The notes under the pieces were generated by a model, which did no database searches, was not told the DNA's origin, and saw only the letters and a list, made by a program, of their open reading frames with translations. A stretch of DNA of 64,000 nucleotides from the human T2T-CHM13v2.0 reference genome, Homo sapiens: assembly GCF_009914755.1 (NCBI RefSeq), contig NC_060939.1. The stretch is one strand, 5' to 3'. Both the position numbers and the translations under genes were made by a program. This document shows positions 1 through 13,190 of the stretch, piece by piece (the stretch's first letter is position 1; each line of letters opens with the position of its first letter).

Positions 1-1390
1 AAGCTATTGATTATTGCCACAATTTCAGCTCCTGTTATTGGTCTATTCAGAGAGTCAACTTCTTCCTGGTTTAGTCTTCAGAGGGTGTATGTGTTAAGGA
101 ATTTATCCATTTCTTCTAGATTTTGTAGTTTATTTGTGTAGAGGTGTATGTAGTATTCTCTGATGGTAGTTCATATTTCTGTGGGAATGATGGTGATACC
201 TGCTGTATCATTTTTTATTGCGTCTATTTGATTCTTCTCTCTTTTCTTCTTTATTAGTCTTGCTAGCAGTCTATCAATTTTGTTGATCCTTTCAAAAAAC
301 CAGCTCCTGGATTCGTTAATTTTTTGAAGGGTTTTTGTGTCTCTATTTCCTTCAGTTCTGCTCTGATTTTACTTATTTCTTGCCTTCTGCTAGCTTTTGA
401 ATATGTTTGCTCTTGCTTTTCTGGTTCTTTTAATTGTGAGGTTAGGGTGTAAATTTTGGATCTTTCCTGCTTTCTCTTGTGGGCATTTAATGCTATAAAT
501 TTCCTTCTACCAACTGCTTTGAATGTGTCCCAGAGATTCTGGTATGTTGTGTCTATGTTCTCATTCGTTTCAAAGAACATCTTTATTTCTGCCTTCATTT
601 TGTTATGTACCCAGTAGTCACTCAGGAGCAGGTTGTTCAGTTTCCATGTAGTTGAGCGGTTTTGAGTGAGTTTCTTAATCCTGAGTTCTAGTTTGATTGC
701 ACTGTGGTCTGAGAGATAGTTTGTTATAATTTCTGTTCTTTTACATTTACTGAGGAGAGCTTTACTTCCAAGTATGTGGTCAATTTTGGAATAGGTGTTG
801 TGTGGTGCTGAAAAAAATGTATATTCTGTCGATTTGAGGTGGAGAGTTCTGTAGATGTCTATTAGGTCTGCTTGGTGCAGAGCTGAGTTCAATTCCTGGG
901 TATCTTTGTTAACTTTCTGTCTCATTGATCTGTCTAATATTGACAGTTGGTTGTTAAAGTCTCCCATTATTGTGGTGTGGGAGTCTAAGTCTCTTTGTAG
1001 GTCACTCAGGACTTGCTTTAAGAATCTGGGTGCTCCTGTATTGGATGCATGTATATTTAGGATAGTTAGCTCTTCTTGTTGAATTGATCCCTTTACCACT
1101 ATGTAATGGCCTTCTTTGTCTCTTTTGATCTTTGTTTGTTTAAAGTCTGTTTTATCAGAGACTAGGATTGCAACCCCTGTCTTTTTTTGTTTTCCGTTTG
1201 CTTGATAGATCTTCCTCCACCTTTTATTTTGAGCCTATGTATGTCTCTGCACATGAGATGTGTTTCTGAATACAGCACACTGATGGGTCTTGACTCTTTA
1301 TCCAAATTGCCAGTCTGTGTCTTTTAACTGGAGGATTTAGTCCATTTACATTTAGAGTTAATATTGTTATGTGTGAATTTGAGCTGTCTT
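1..1390 (-). pseudogene. L1 ORF2 remnant (APE endonuclease and linker), copy A
   Basis: ORF 263..1099 is EN sequence. The start codon position, 63 nt after the ORF1 stop, reads AAG (1388-1390) instead of ATG. Frameshift near 330 (ETQK then an out-of-frame tail). Confidence 0.93.
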
Positions 1391-1453
1391 TATGATGTTA
1401 GCTGGTTATTTTGCACCTTGGTTGATGTAGTTTCTTAGTAGCCACAATGGTCT

Positions 1454-2470
1454 TTACAATTTGGCATGATTCTGCAGTGGCTTGTACTGGTTGTTTCTTT
1501 CCATGTTTAGTGCTTCCTTCAGGAGCTCTTTTAGGGCGGGCCTGGTGGTGACAAAATCTCTCAGCATTTGCTTGTCTGTAAAGTATTTTATTTCTCCTTC
1601 ACTTATGAAGCTTAGTTTGGATGGATATGAAATTCTGGGTTGAAAATTCTTTTCTTTAAGAATGTTGAATATTGGCCTCCACTCTCTTCTGGCTTGTAGA
1701 GTTTCTGCCGAGAGATCTGCTGTTAGTCTGATGGGCTTCCCTTTGAGGGTAACCCAACCTTTCTCTCTGGCTGCCCTTAACATTTTTTCCTTCATTTCAA
1801 CTTTGGTGGATCTGACAATTATGTGTCTTGGAGTTGCTCTTCTCGAGGAGTATCTTTGTGGTGTTCTCTGTATTTTCTGAATCTGAATGTTGGCCTGCCT
1901 TGCTAGATTGAGGAAGTTCTCCTGGATAATATCCTGCAGAGTGTTTTCCAACTTGGTTCCATTCTCCACATCACTTTCTGGTACACCAATCAGATATAGA
2001 TATGGTCTTTTCACATAGTCCCATATTTCTTGGAGGCTTTATTCATTTCTTTCTATTCTTTTTTCTCTAAACTTCCCTTCTCGCTTCATTTCATTCATTT
2101 CATCTTCCATCACTGATAACCTTTCTTCCAGTTGATCGCATCAGCTCCTGAGGCTTCTGCATTCTTCACGTAGTTCTGGAGCCTTGGCTTTCAGCTCCAT
2201 CAGTTCCTTTAAGGACTTCTCTGTATTGGTTATTCTAGTTATACATTCATCTAAATTTTTTTCAAAGTTTTTAACTTCTTTGCCTTCGGCTTGAATTTCC
2301 TCCTGTAGCTCAGAGTAGATTGATCGTCTGAAGCCTTCTTCTCTCAACTCGTCAAAGTCATTCTCCGTCCAGCTTTGTTCCATTGCTGGTGAGGAACTGA
2401 ATTCCTTTGGAGGAGGAGAGGCACTCTGCTTTTTAGAGTTTACAGTTTTTCTGTTCTGTTTTTTCCCCAT
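1454..2470 (-). pseudogene. L1 ORF1 (p40) pseudogene, copy A
   Basis: 1017 nt, the canonical 338 aa plus stop. ORFs 2141..2470 and 1454..2014 are in frame, broken by TGA at codon 110 (2141-2143) and TAA at codon 144 (2039-2041). Confidence 0.95.
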
Positions 2471-2600
2471 CTTTATGGTTTTATCTACTTTTAGTCTTTG
2501 ATGATGGTGATGTACAGATGGGGTTTTGTTGTGGATGTCCTTTCTGTTTTTTAGTTTTCCTTCTAACAGACAGGACCCTCAGTTGCAGGTCTGTTGGAGT

Positions 2601-2728
2601 TTGCTAGAGGTCCACTCCAGATCCTGTTTGCCTGGGTATCAGCAGCAATGACTGCAGAACAGCGGATTTTTGTGAACCACGAATGCTGCTGTCTGATCTT
2701 TGCTCTGGAAATTTTGTCTCAGAGGACT
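2601..2728 (-). promoter_or_regulatory. ~129-bp 5'UTR segment containing the ZNF93 binding site (present in A, absent in B)
   Basis: Copy A reads ctgttggagt[ttgctagagg...agaggact]atacggcc, while copy B reads ctgttggagt|acctggcc at ~31666. The difference counts to 128 nt by eye, matching the size and position of the L1PA3 deletion described by Jacobs et al. 2014. Confidence 0.85.
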
Positions 2729-3053
2729 ATACGGCCGTGTGAGATGTCAGTCTGACCCTACTGGGGGTTGTCTCCCAGTTAGGCTGCTCGGGGTTCAGGG
2801 GTCAGGTACCCATTTGAGGAGGCAGTCTGCCTGTTCTCACATCTCCAGCTGTGTGCTGGGAGAACCACTGCTGTCTTCAAATCTGTCAGACAAGGACATT
2901 TAAGTCTGCAGAGGTTACTGCTGTCTTTTTGTTTGTCTGTGCCCTGCCCCAAGAGGTGGAGCCTACAGAGGAAGGCAAGCCTCCTAGAGCTGTGGTGGGC
3001 TACACCCAGTTCGGGCTTTCCAGCAGCTTTGTTTACCTAAGCAAGCCTGGGCA

Positions 3054-3128
3054 ATGGGGGGCGCCCCACCCCCAGCCTCACTGCCACCTTGTAGTTTGAT
3101 CACAGACTGCTGTGCTAGCAATCAGTGA
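3054..3128 (+). pseudogene. L1 antisense ORF0 remnant, copy A (stop at codon 25)
   Basis: ATG GGG GGC GCC CCA CCC CCA GCC...AAT CAG TGA matches the ORF0 N-terminus (MAGAPPPASL...) with a CGA>TGA stop. Confidence 0.75.
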
Positions 3129-3485
3129 GACACCGTGGACATAGGAACCTATGCGTCATGTGTGGGATATAATCTCTTGGTGCACCGTTTTTGAAGACCG
3201 TTGAAAAAGTGCAGTATCAGGGTGGGAGTGACCTGATTTTCCAAGTGCCATCTGTCGCCCCTTTATTTGACTAGGAAAGGGAACTCCCTGACCACGTGCA
3301 CTTCCCAAGTGAGGAAATGCATCACTCCGCTTTGGCCTATGTATGGTGCGCTGCACCCACTATACTGCACCCACTGTCTGACACTCCCTAGTGAGATGAA
3401 CCAGGTATCTCAGATGGAAATGAAGAAATCACCCATCTTCTGTGTCACTCATGCTGGGAGCTGTAGAACAGAGCTGTTCCTACTT

Positions 3486-3494
3486 GGCCATCTT
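3486..3494 (-). promoter_or_regulatory. YY1 site at the L1 5' end, intact
   Basis: GGCCATCTT on plus equals AAGATGGCC, about 13-21 nt from the element 5' end. Confidence 0.8.
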
Positions 3495-3506
3495 GAGTGC
3501 CACCTC

Positions 3507-6500
3507 ATTTGCCAGTTGGCTTTTGTGTAGTTTTTATGTGAAAATATTTCCCTTTCCACCATTGCCAACAAAGGGCTCCAAATATCCACTTGCAGATTCT
3601 ACAAAAAGAGAGTTTCAAAACTGCTCAACCAAAAGAAAGTTTCAACTCTGTGAGTTGTATGCACACATCGCAGAGAAGATTCTCTGAATGCTTCCGCATA
3701 GTTTTTATGTGAAGATATACCCATTTCCACCATAGGCCACAAAGAGCTCCAAATATCCACTTGCAGATTCTACAAAACGAGTGCTTCAAAACTGCTCAAT
3801 CAAAAGAAAGGTTCAACTCTGTGAGATGAATGCACACATTGCAAAGTAGTTTCTCAGAATTGTTCTGCATAGTTTTTATGTGAAGATATCTCCTTTTACA
3901 CAATAGGCTTAAAAGTACTCCAAATATCCATTTGCTGATCCTTTAAAAAGACTGTTTCATAACTGCTTAATCAAAAGAAAGGTTCAACTCTGTGAGATGA
4001 ATGCATACATCACAAAGAAGTTTCTCAGAATGCTTCTCTGTAGTTTTTATGTGAAAATATCTCCTTTTCCACCATAGGTAGCAAATAGTTCCAAATATCC
4101 ACTTGCGGATTCTACAAAAAGAGAGTTTCAAAATTGCTGAATCAAAAGATACGTTCAAACCTGTGAGTTGAATGCACACATCACAAAGAAGTTTCTCAGA
4201 ATGCTTCTGTGTAGTTTTTACGTGAAGATATTTCCTTTTCCACCATAGGCCACAAAGCGATCCAAACATCAACTTGTAGATACTTCAAAAAGGTTGTTTC
4301 CAAACTGCTCAATCAAAAGAAAGGTTCAACTCTGTGAGATGAAGTCACACATGACAAAGAAGTTCCTCAGAAATCTCTTTTGTAGTTTTTATGTGAAGGT
4401 ATTTCCTTTTCCACCATAGGCCACAAAGGGCTCCAAATATCCTCTTGCAGATTCTACAAAAAGAGAGATTCAAAACTGCTCAATCAATATATAGTTTCAA
4501 CTCTGTGAGTTTAATGCACACTAGACAATAGTGTTTCTCAGAATGCTTCTGTGTAGTTTTTATGTGAAGATATTTCCATTTCCACCATAGGCCTCAAAGC
4601 GCTCCAAATATCCACTTGCAGATTCTACAGAAATAAAGTTTCAAAACTGCTGAATGAAAATAAAGGTTCAACACTGTGAGATGAATGCAAACATAGCACA
4701 GAAGTTTCTCATAATTCTTCTGTCCAGTTTTTATGTGAAGCTATTTCCTTTTCCACAATAGGAATCTAAGCACTCCAAATATCAACTTGCAGATTCTACA
4801 TAAAGAGTTTTTCAAAACTGCTCAATGAAAAGAAAGGTTCAACTCTGTGTGTTGAATGCACACATCAAAAGGAGGTTTCTCAGAATGCTTCTGTGTAGAT
4901 TTCATGTGAAGATATTTTCTTTTCAACATTAGGCCTCAAAGCACTCCAGTTATACACTTGCAGATTCTACAAAGAGTGTTTCAAAACTGCTAAATGAAAA
5001 GAAAGTGAGATGAATGCACAGAACACAAAGTGGTTTCCCAGAATGCTTCTGTATATGTTTTATGTGAAGATATTTCCTTTTAAAGAGGAGGCCTCAATGC
5101 ACTCCAAATATCCACTTGCAGATTCTACAAAAAGAGTGTTTTGAAACTGCTCAATCATAAAATAGTTTCAACTCCATGAGTTGAATGCACACATCACAGA
5201 GAAGTTTCTCATAAAGCTTCTGTGTAGTTTTTATGTGAAGATATTTCCTTTTACAAAATAGGCCTCAAAGTGCTCCAAATATTCACTTGCAGGTACTTCA
5301 AAAAGATTGTTTCGAAACTGCTCAATCAAAAGAATGCACACATCACATAGAAGTTTATCAGAATATTTCTGTCTTTTTTTTATGTGAAGGCATTTCCTTT
5401 TCCACAATAGGCAACAAAAGGCTCCAAATATCCACTTGCAGATACTACAAAAAGAGAGTTTCAAAGAGGCTCAATCAAAAGATAGGTTCAATTCTGTGAG
5501 TTGAATGCATACATTGCAAAGGAGTTTCTCAGAATACTTCTGTCTTGTTTTTATGTGAAGGCATTTCCTTTTCCACCATAGGCCTCAAACGGCTCCAAAT
5601 ATACAACTGCAGATACTACAAAAAGAGAGTTTCAAAACTGCTCATCAAAAGATAGATTCACATCTGTGAGTTGAATGCACACATTACAAGGAAGTTTCTC
5701 AGAATGCTTCTGTGTGGTCTTTAAGTGAAGATATTTCCTTTTCCACAATAGGCCTCAAAGAGTTCCAAATATCCACTTGAAGATTATACAAAAACAGTGT
5801 TTCAAAACTGCTCAATCAAAAAGTTTCAATTCTGTGGGATGAATGCACACATCACAAAGAAGTTTCTAATAATGCTTCTGTGTAGTTTTTATGTGAAGAT
5901 ATTTCGTCTTCCAAAATAGGCCTCAAAGCTGTCCAAATATCCACTTGCAGATTCTACAAAGACTGTGTTTCAAAACTGCTCAAACAAAAGAAAGGTTCAA
6001 CTGTGTGAGATAAATGCACACATCACGAAGAAGTCTCTCAGAATGCTTCTGTGTAGTTTTTATGTGAATATATTTGCTGTTCAACTGTTGGCCTCAAAGC
6101 ACTCCAAATATCCACATGCATATTCTAAAATAGAGTGTTTCAAAACTACTCAATCAAAAGAAAGGTTCAACTCTGTGAGTTGAATGCACACATCACAAAG
6201 AAGTTTCTCAGAATGCTTCTGTGTACTTTTTATGTGACGATATTTCCTATTCCACTGTAGGCCTCAAAGTGCTCCAAATATCCTCTTGCAGATTCTACAA
6301 AAAGAGTGTTACAAAACTGCTCAATCAAAAGAAAGTTCAACTCTTTGAGATAAATGCACACATCACAAAGAAGTTTCTCAGAATGCTTCTGTGTAGTTTT
6401 TATGTGAAGATATTTGCTTTTCCAGAGTAGGCCTCAAAGCTCTCCTAATATGCACTTGCAGATTCTGCAAAAACTGTGTTTCATAACTGCTCAATCAAAA

Positions 6501-9500
6501 GAAAGTTTCAACTCTGTGAGATGAAAGCACACAACACAAAGACCCTTCTCAGAATGCTTCTGTGTAGTTTTTATGTAAAGATATTTCCTTTCAGACAATA
6601 AGCCTCAAAGCACTCCAAATAACCAATTGCAGATTCTACAAAAAGTGTGTTTCAAAACTGCTCAATCCAAAGAAGGGTTCAACTCTGTGAGATGAATGCA
6701 TACATCACAAAGAAGTTTCTCAGCATGCTTCTGAGTAATTTTTATGTGAAGAAACCTCCTTTTCCGCAATAGGCCTCAAATTGTTGCAAATATCCTCTTG
6801 CAGATTCTACAAAAAGAGTGTTTCAAAACTGCTCAATAAAAAGAAAGTTTCAACTCTGTGAGATGAATGCACACATCACAAAGAAGTTTCTCAGAATGCT
6901 TCAGTGTGGTCTTTAAGTGAAAATATTTTCTTTTAAATAGGAGGCCTCAATGCGCTCCAAATATCCACTTGCAGATTCTACAAAAAGAGTGTTTCAAAAC
7001 TGCTCAATCATAAAATAGGTTTCACCCTGTGCGGTGAATGCACACATCACAAAGAAGTTTCTCAGAATGCTTCCACGTAGTTTTTATGTAAAGATATTTC
7101 TTTTTCCACAATAGGCCTCCAAGAGCTCCAAATATCCACTTGCAGATGCTACAGAAAGAGTGTTTCAAAACTGCTCAATCAAAAGAAAGGTTCATCTCTG
7201 TAAGGTGAATGCACACATCACAATGTAGTTTCTGAGAATGTTTCTGTGTACCTTTTACATGAAGATATTTCCTTTTCCACAGTAGGCCTCAAACTGTTCC
7301 AAGTATCCACCTTCAGATTCTACAAAAAGAGAGATTTAAAACTGCTCAAACAAAACATAGGTTAAACTCTATGAGTTGAACTCACAATTCACAAAGAAGT
7401 TTATCAGAATGCTACTGTGTAGTCTTTATTTGAAGATATTTCCTTTTGCACAATATGCATCAAATTTCTCCAAATATCCAAAAGCAGATTCTACAAAAAG
7501 AGTGTTTCAAAACTGCTCAATCAAAAGAAAGGTTCAACTCTGTGTGATGAATGCACACATCACAAAGTAGTTTCTCAGAATGCTTCTGTGTATGTTTTAT
7601 GTGAAGATATTTCCTTTTAAAGAGGAGGCCTCAATGCACGCCAAATATCCACTTTCAGATTGTACAAAAAGTGTGTTTCAAAACTGCTCAATCATAAAAT
7701 AGTTTCAATCCTATGAGCTGAATGCACACATCACAAAAAAGTTTCTCAGAATGGTTCTGTGTAGTTTTTATATGAAGATATTTCCTTTTCCACAATAGGC
7801 CTCAAAGAGCTCCAAATATCCACTTGCAGATGCTACAAAAAGAGTGTTTCAAAACTGCTCAACCAAAAGAAAGATTCATCTCTGTAAGGTGAATGCACAC
7901 ATCACAATGTAGTTTCTGAGAACGCTTCTGTGTATCTTTTACGTGAAGATATTTCCTTTTCCACAATAGGCCTCAAACTGCTCCAAATATCCACTTGCAC
8001 ATTCTACAGAAAGAGTATTTCACAACTGCTCAATCATAAGATAGGTTCAACTCTGTGAGATGAATGCACTCATCATTAAGAAGTTTCTCAGAATGTCTCT
8101 GTGTGGTTTTTTTTGTGAAGATATTTGCTTTTCCACAGTAGGCCACAAAGTGCTCCAAATATCCACTAGCAGATTCTGCAAAAACAGTTTCAAACCGCTC
8201 AGTCAAAAGAAAGTTTCAACTATGTGAGTTGAATGCACGCATCAAAAGTAGTTTCTCAGAATGCTTCTGTGTACTTTTTATGTGAAGATATTTTCCTTTC
8301 CACAATAGGCCTCAAAGCCCTCCAAATACCTACTTGCAGATTCTAGAAAAAGAGTGTTTCATAAGTGCTCAATCAAAAGAAAGTTTCAACTCCATGAGAT
8401 GAATGCACACATCACAAAGAAGTTTCTCAGAATGCTTCTGTGTAGTTTTTATGTGAAGATATATGCTTTTCTACAGTAGGTCTCAAATCTCTCCAAATAT
8501 CCACTTGCATATATTACAAAAAGAGTGTTTCAAAACTGCTCAATCAAAAGAAAGTTTCAACTCTGTGAGATGAATGCACACATCCCAAAGAAATTTCTCA
8601 GAATGTTTCTGTGTAGTTATTGTGTGAAGATATTCCTTTTTCCACAATAGGCTTCAAAGCGCTCCATATATCCTTTAGCAGATTGCACAAAAAGGGTATT
8701 TGAAAAGTGCTCAATGATAAGATAGGTTCAACTGTGAGAAGAATGCACACATCACCAAGAAGTTTCTCAGAATGCTTCTGTGTAGTTTCTATTTAAAGAT
8801 ATTACCTTTTTCACCATAGGTGGAAAAGGGCTCCAAATATCCAGTTGAAGATTCTACAGAAAGAGAGATTCAAAACTTCTCAATCAAAATGTTGGCTCAA
8901 CTCTGTGAGTTGAATGCACACATCACAAAGAAATTTCTCAGAATGCTTCTGTGTAGTCTTTATGTGAAGATATTTCCTTTTCCAAAATAGGCCTCAAAGC
9001 CCTCCAAATATGCACCTGCAGATTCTACAAAAAGAGTGTTTCAAATCTGCTCAATGAAAAGAAATGTTAAAATCCGTGTAATTAATGTGCACATCAAAAA
9101 GAACTTTCTCAGAATGCGTATGTGCAGTTTTTATATGAAGATATTTCCTTTTCCAAAATAGGCCTCAAAGCCCTCCAAATATCCACTTACAGATTCTACA
9201 TAAAGAGTGTTACAAAACTGGTCAAGCTAATGAAAGGTTCAACTCTGTATGATGAATACACTCATCACAAAGAAGTTTCTCAGAATGCTTCTGTGTAGTT
9301 TTTATGTGAAGATATTTCCTATTCCAGAATAGGCCTCAAAGCGTTCCAAATATCCTTTTGCAGATTCTACAAAAAGAGAGATTTAAAACTGCTCAATCAA
9401 AAGATAGTTTCAACTCTGTGATTTTAATGCACACTTAACAAAGATGTTTCTCAGAATGCTTCTCTGTAGTTTTTATTTGAAGATATTTCCTTTTCCACAA

Positions 9501-12500
9501 TAGACCTCAAAGCACTCGAAATATCCAGTTGCAGATTCTACAAAAAGAGTGTTTCAAAACTGCTCAATCAAAAGAAAGGTTCAACGCTGTGAGACGAATG
9601 CAAAGATCACAAAGAAGTTTCTCACAATGCCTCTGTGTAGTTTTTTTTTGTGAAGATATTTTCTTTTCCACAGTAGACCTGAAAGTGCTCCAAATATTCA
9701 CTTGTAGATTCTACAAAAACAGTGTTTCAAAACTTCTCAATCAATAGAAATCTTCAACTCTGTGAGATGAATGCACACATCACAAAGTAATTTCTCACAA
9801 CGGCTCTGTGTAGTTTTTTTTGTGAAGATATTTTCTTTTCCATGGTATATCTGAAAGTGCTCCAAATATCCACTTGCAGATTTTACAAAAACAGTGTTTC
9901 AAAACTACTCAATCAAAAGAAAGATTCAACACTGTGAGATGAATGCCCACATTACAAAGAAGTTTCTCAGAGTGTTTCTGTGTAGTTCTTATGTGAAGAT
10001 ATTTCCTTTTCACCAATAGGCATCAAAGCGCTCCAAGAATCCACTTGCAGATTCTAGAAAGAGAGTGTAACAAAGCTGCTCATTCATAAGGTATGTTCAA
10101 CACCGTGAGATGAATGCACATATCATTGAAGTTTCTCAGAATTCTTCTGTATAGTTTATATTTGAAGATATTCCATTTTCCCCCATAGGCCACAAGGGTT
10201 CCAAATATCCACTTTCAGATTCTACCAAAAGAGAGATTCAAAACTGCTCAATCAAAGATAGGTTCAACTGTGTGAGTTGAATGCACAAATCACAAAGTAG
10301 TTTCTCAGAATGCCTCTGTGCAGTTTTTATGTGAAGATATTTCCTTTTCCACAATAGGCCTCAAAGTGCTCTAAATATTCATTTGCAGATTCTACAAAAA
10401 GATTGTTTCAAAACTGCTCAATCAAAAGAAATGTTCAACTCTGTGAGATGAATGCACACATCTCAAAGAAGTTTCTCAGAATGCCTCTGTGTAGTTTTTA
10501 TGTGAAGATATTTTCTTTTCAGAGTAGGCCTCAATTGCTCCAAATATCCACTTGCAGACGCTACAAAAAGACTGTTTCAAAACTGCTCAATCAAAAGAAA
10601 GGTTCAACTCTGTGAAAGGAATTCACATACCACAGGGAAGTTTCTCAGAATGCTTCTGTGTAGTTTTTATGTGAAGATATTTCCTTTTCCACAGTAGGCC
10701 TCTAAACGCTCCAAGTATCCACTTACAGATTCTACAAAGAGAGTGTTTCAAAACTGCTCAATCAAATGAAGTGTTCACCTCTGTGAGATGCATACACACA
10801 TCATGAAGAAGTTTCTCCGAATGCTTCTGTGTACTATTTCTTTGAAGACATTTCCTTTTCATTCATAGGCCACAAAGGTCACCAAATATCCAGTTGCAGA
10901 TTCTACGAAGAGAGATTCAATACTGTTCAATGAAAAGATAGGTTCAACTATGTGAGTTGAATGCACACATCATGAAGAAGTTTCTCAGAATGCCTCTGTA
11001 TAGTTCTTATGTGAAGATATTTGTTTTTCCACAGTAGGCCTCAAAGCGCTCCGAATATCCACTTGCAGATTCTATGAAAACAGCGTTTCAAAATTGCTCA
11101 AAAGAAAATTTCAACACTGTGAGATGAATGCATACATCACCAAGTAGTTTCTCAGAATGCTTCTGTGTAGTTTTTATGTGAAGATATTTCCTTTTCCATG
11201 ATAGGCTTCAAAGCACTCCAAATATCCACTTGCAGATTCTATGAAAACAGAGTATCAAAACTGCTCAATTAAAAGAAAGTTGTAACTCTGTGAGATGAGT
11301 TCACACATCACAAAGAAATTTCTCCAATCCCTCCATGTAGAGTTTATTTAAACATATTTCCTTTTCCACCATAGGCCGGTAAGGGCTCCAAATATACGGC
11401 TGAAGATTCTACAAAAAGATTCAAAACTGCTCCCTCAAGAGATTGGTTCAACTCTGTGAGTTGAATGCACACATCACAAAGATGTTTCTCAGAATGCTTC
11501 TGTTTAGACTTCATGTGAAGATATTTCCTTTTCCAAAATAGGCCTCAAAGCCCTCCAAATATCCACCTGCAAATTCTACAAAAAGAGTGTTTCAAATCTG
11601 CTCAATCAAAAAAAATGTTAAAATCTGTGTGATGAATATACACATCATAAAGAAGTTTCTCAGAATACCTATGTGTAGTTTTTACATGAAGATATTTCCT
11701 TTTCCACAATAGGCCTCAAAGCTGTCCAAATATCCACTTGCAGATTCTACAAAAAGAGTTTTCAAAACTGCTCTATCAAAAGATAATTTCAACACTGCGA
11801 GTTGAATGTACACATCACAAAGAAGTTTGTCAGAATGCTTCTTAGTAGTTTTGGTGTGAAGATATTTCCTTTTCCAAAATAGGCCTCAAAACCTTCCAAA
11901 TATCCATTGCAGTTTCTACATAAAGAGTCTCACAAAACTGTTCAATTAAAAGGAAAGGTTCAACTCTGTGTGTTGAATGCACTCATAACAAAGAAGTTTC
12001 TCAGAATGCTTCTGTGTAGTATTTATGTGAAGATATTTCCTTTTCCACAACAGACTTAAAAGCGCTCTGAATATTCACTTGCAGATTGTACAAAAAGAGA
12101 GATTCAAAACTGTTCAATCAAAAGATAGGTTCAACTCTGTGAGTTGAATGCACAAATCACCAAAAGTTTCTCAGAATGCTTCTGTGTAGTTGTTATGTGA
12201 AGATATTTCCTTTTCCACAATAGGCCTCAAAGCTCTCCAAATATCCCGTTGCAGATTCTGCAAAAAGAGAGATTCAAAACTGCTCCATCAAAATATAGGT
12301 TCGATTCCGTGAGTTGAATGCACACATCACAAAGAAGTTTCTCAGAATGCTTCTATGTAGTTTTTATGTGAAGATGTTTCCTTTTCCACAATAGGCCTCA
12401 AAGCTCTCCAAATATCCACTTGCAGATACTACAAAAAGAGAGATTCAAACCTGATCAATCAAAAGATAGGTTCGAGTCTGTGAGTTGCATGAACACCTCA

Positions 12501-13190
12501 CAAGAAAGTTTCTGAGAATGCTTCTGCATAGTTTTTATGTGAAGATATTTGCTTTTTCTCAATAGACCTCAAAGTGCTCCAAATATCCACTTGCAGATTC
12601 TGCAAAAAGAGATATTCAAAACTGCTCAATCAAAGATAAGTTCAACTCTGTTTGTGGAATGCACACATAACTAAGAAGTTTCTCAGAATGCTTTTGTGTA
12701 GTTTTTATGTGAAGATATTTCCTTTTCCAAAAGAGGCCTCTAAGCCCTAAAAATATCCATTTCCATATTCTACAAAAAGAGTCTTTCAAAATTGCTCAAT
12801 CAAAAGAAAGGTTAAACTCTGTGTGATGAATGTACCCATCCAAAGAAGTTTGTCTGAATGCTTCTGTGTAGTTTGTATTTGAAGATATTTCCATTTCCAC
12901 CATAGAGTGCAAAGGTCTCCAAATATCCACTTGCAGATTCTACAAAAAGAGAGATTAAAAACTTCTCAATCAAAAAATAGGTTCAACACTGTGAGTTGAA
13001 TGTACACATCACAACGAAGTTTCTCAGAATGCTTCTGTGTAGTTATTATATGAAGATATTTCTGTTTCCACAATAGGCCTCAAATTGCTCCAAATATCCA
13101 CTTGCAGACTCTACAAAAGCAGTGTATCGAAACTGCTCAATCAAAAGAAAGGATCAACTCTGTGAGATGAATGCATACATCACAAAATTT
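3507..13190 (-). repeat. Alpha satellite, diverged monomeric, family 1 (SF4/M1-like, A-type)
   Basis: Tandem ~171-bp units with cagaatgcttctgtgtagtttttatgtgaagatatttccttttccacaataggcctcaaag...caaatatccacttgcag. This is the reverse of the usual CATTCT..GAAACTTCTTTGTGATG orientation. The SF label is inferred. Confidence 0.96.

Larger units (their letters stand above)
1..3506 (-). mobile_element. LINE-1 copy A, 5' ~3.5 kb (5'UTR, ORF1, start of ORF2), runs off the left edge; early L1PA3-like, inactive
   Basis: ORF track gives L1 ORF1p (MGKKQNRK...NHAKL) and ORF2p endonuclease (MGDFN, YSKIDH, SDHSAI) on the minus strand. The L1 5' terminus (rc of ...CAAGATGGCC.AGTAGGAACAGCTC) lies at 3470-3506. 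It carries the ~129-bp 5'UTR segment plus older ORF1 residues (EEIQ, KEVKNF, LDEC, NHAKL). Subfamily assigned from recalled consensus, not from an alignment. Confidence 0.96.
2471..3506 (-). promoter_or_regulatory. L1 5'UTR (internal sense promoter and antisense promoter), long ~1.03-kb form, CpG-decayed
   Basis: Colinear with the primate L1 5'UTR and with copy B 31537-32443, apart from one extra ~128-bp segment. Confidence 0.9.

Noticed and set aside
855-3687. Plus-strand ORFs over L1 copy A (855, 1662, 2700, 2851, 3267, 3442) and equivalents in copy B
   Set aside because: These are antisense or UTR frames of L1. The genuine antisense ORF0 is truncated at codon 25.
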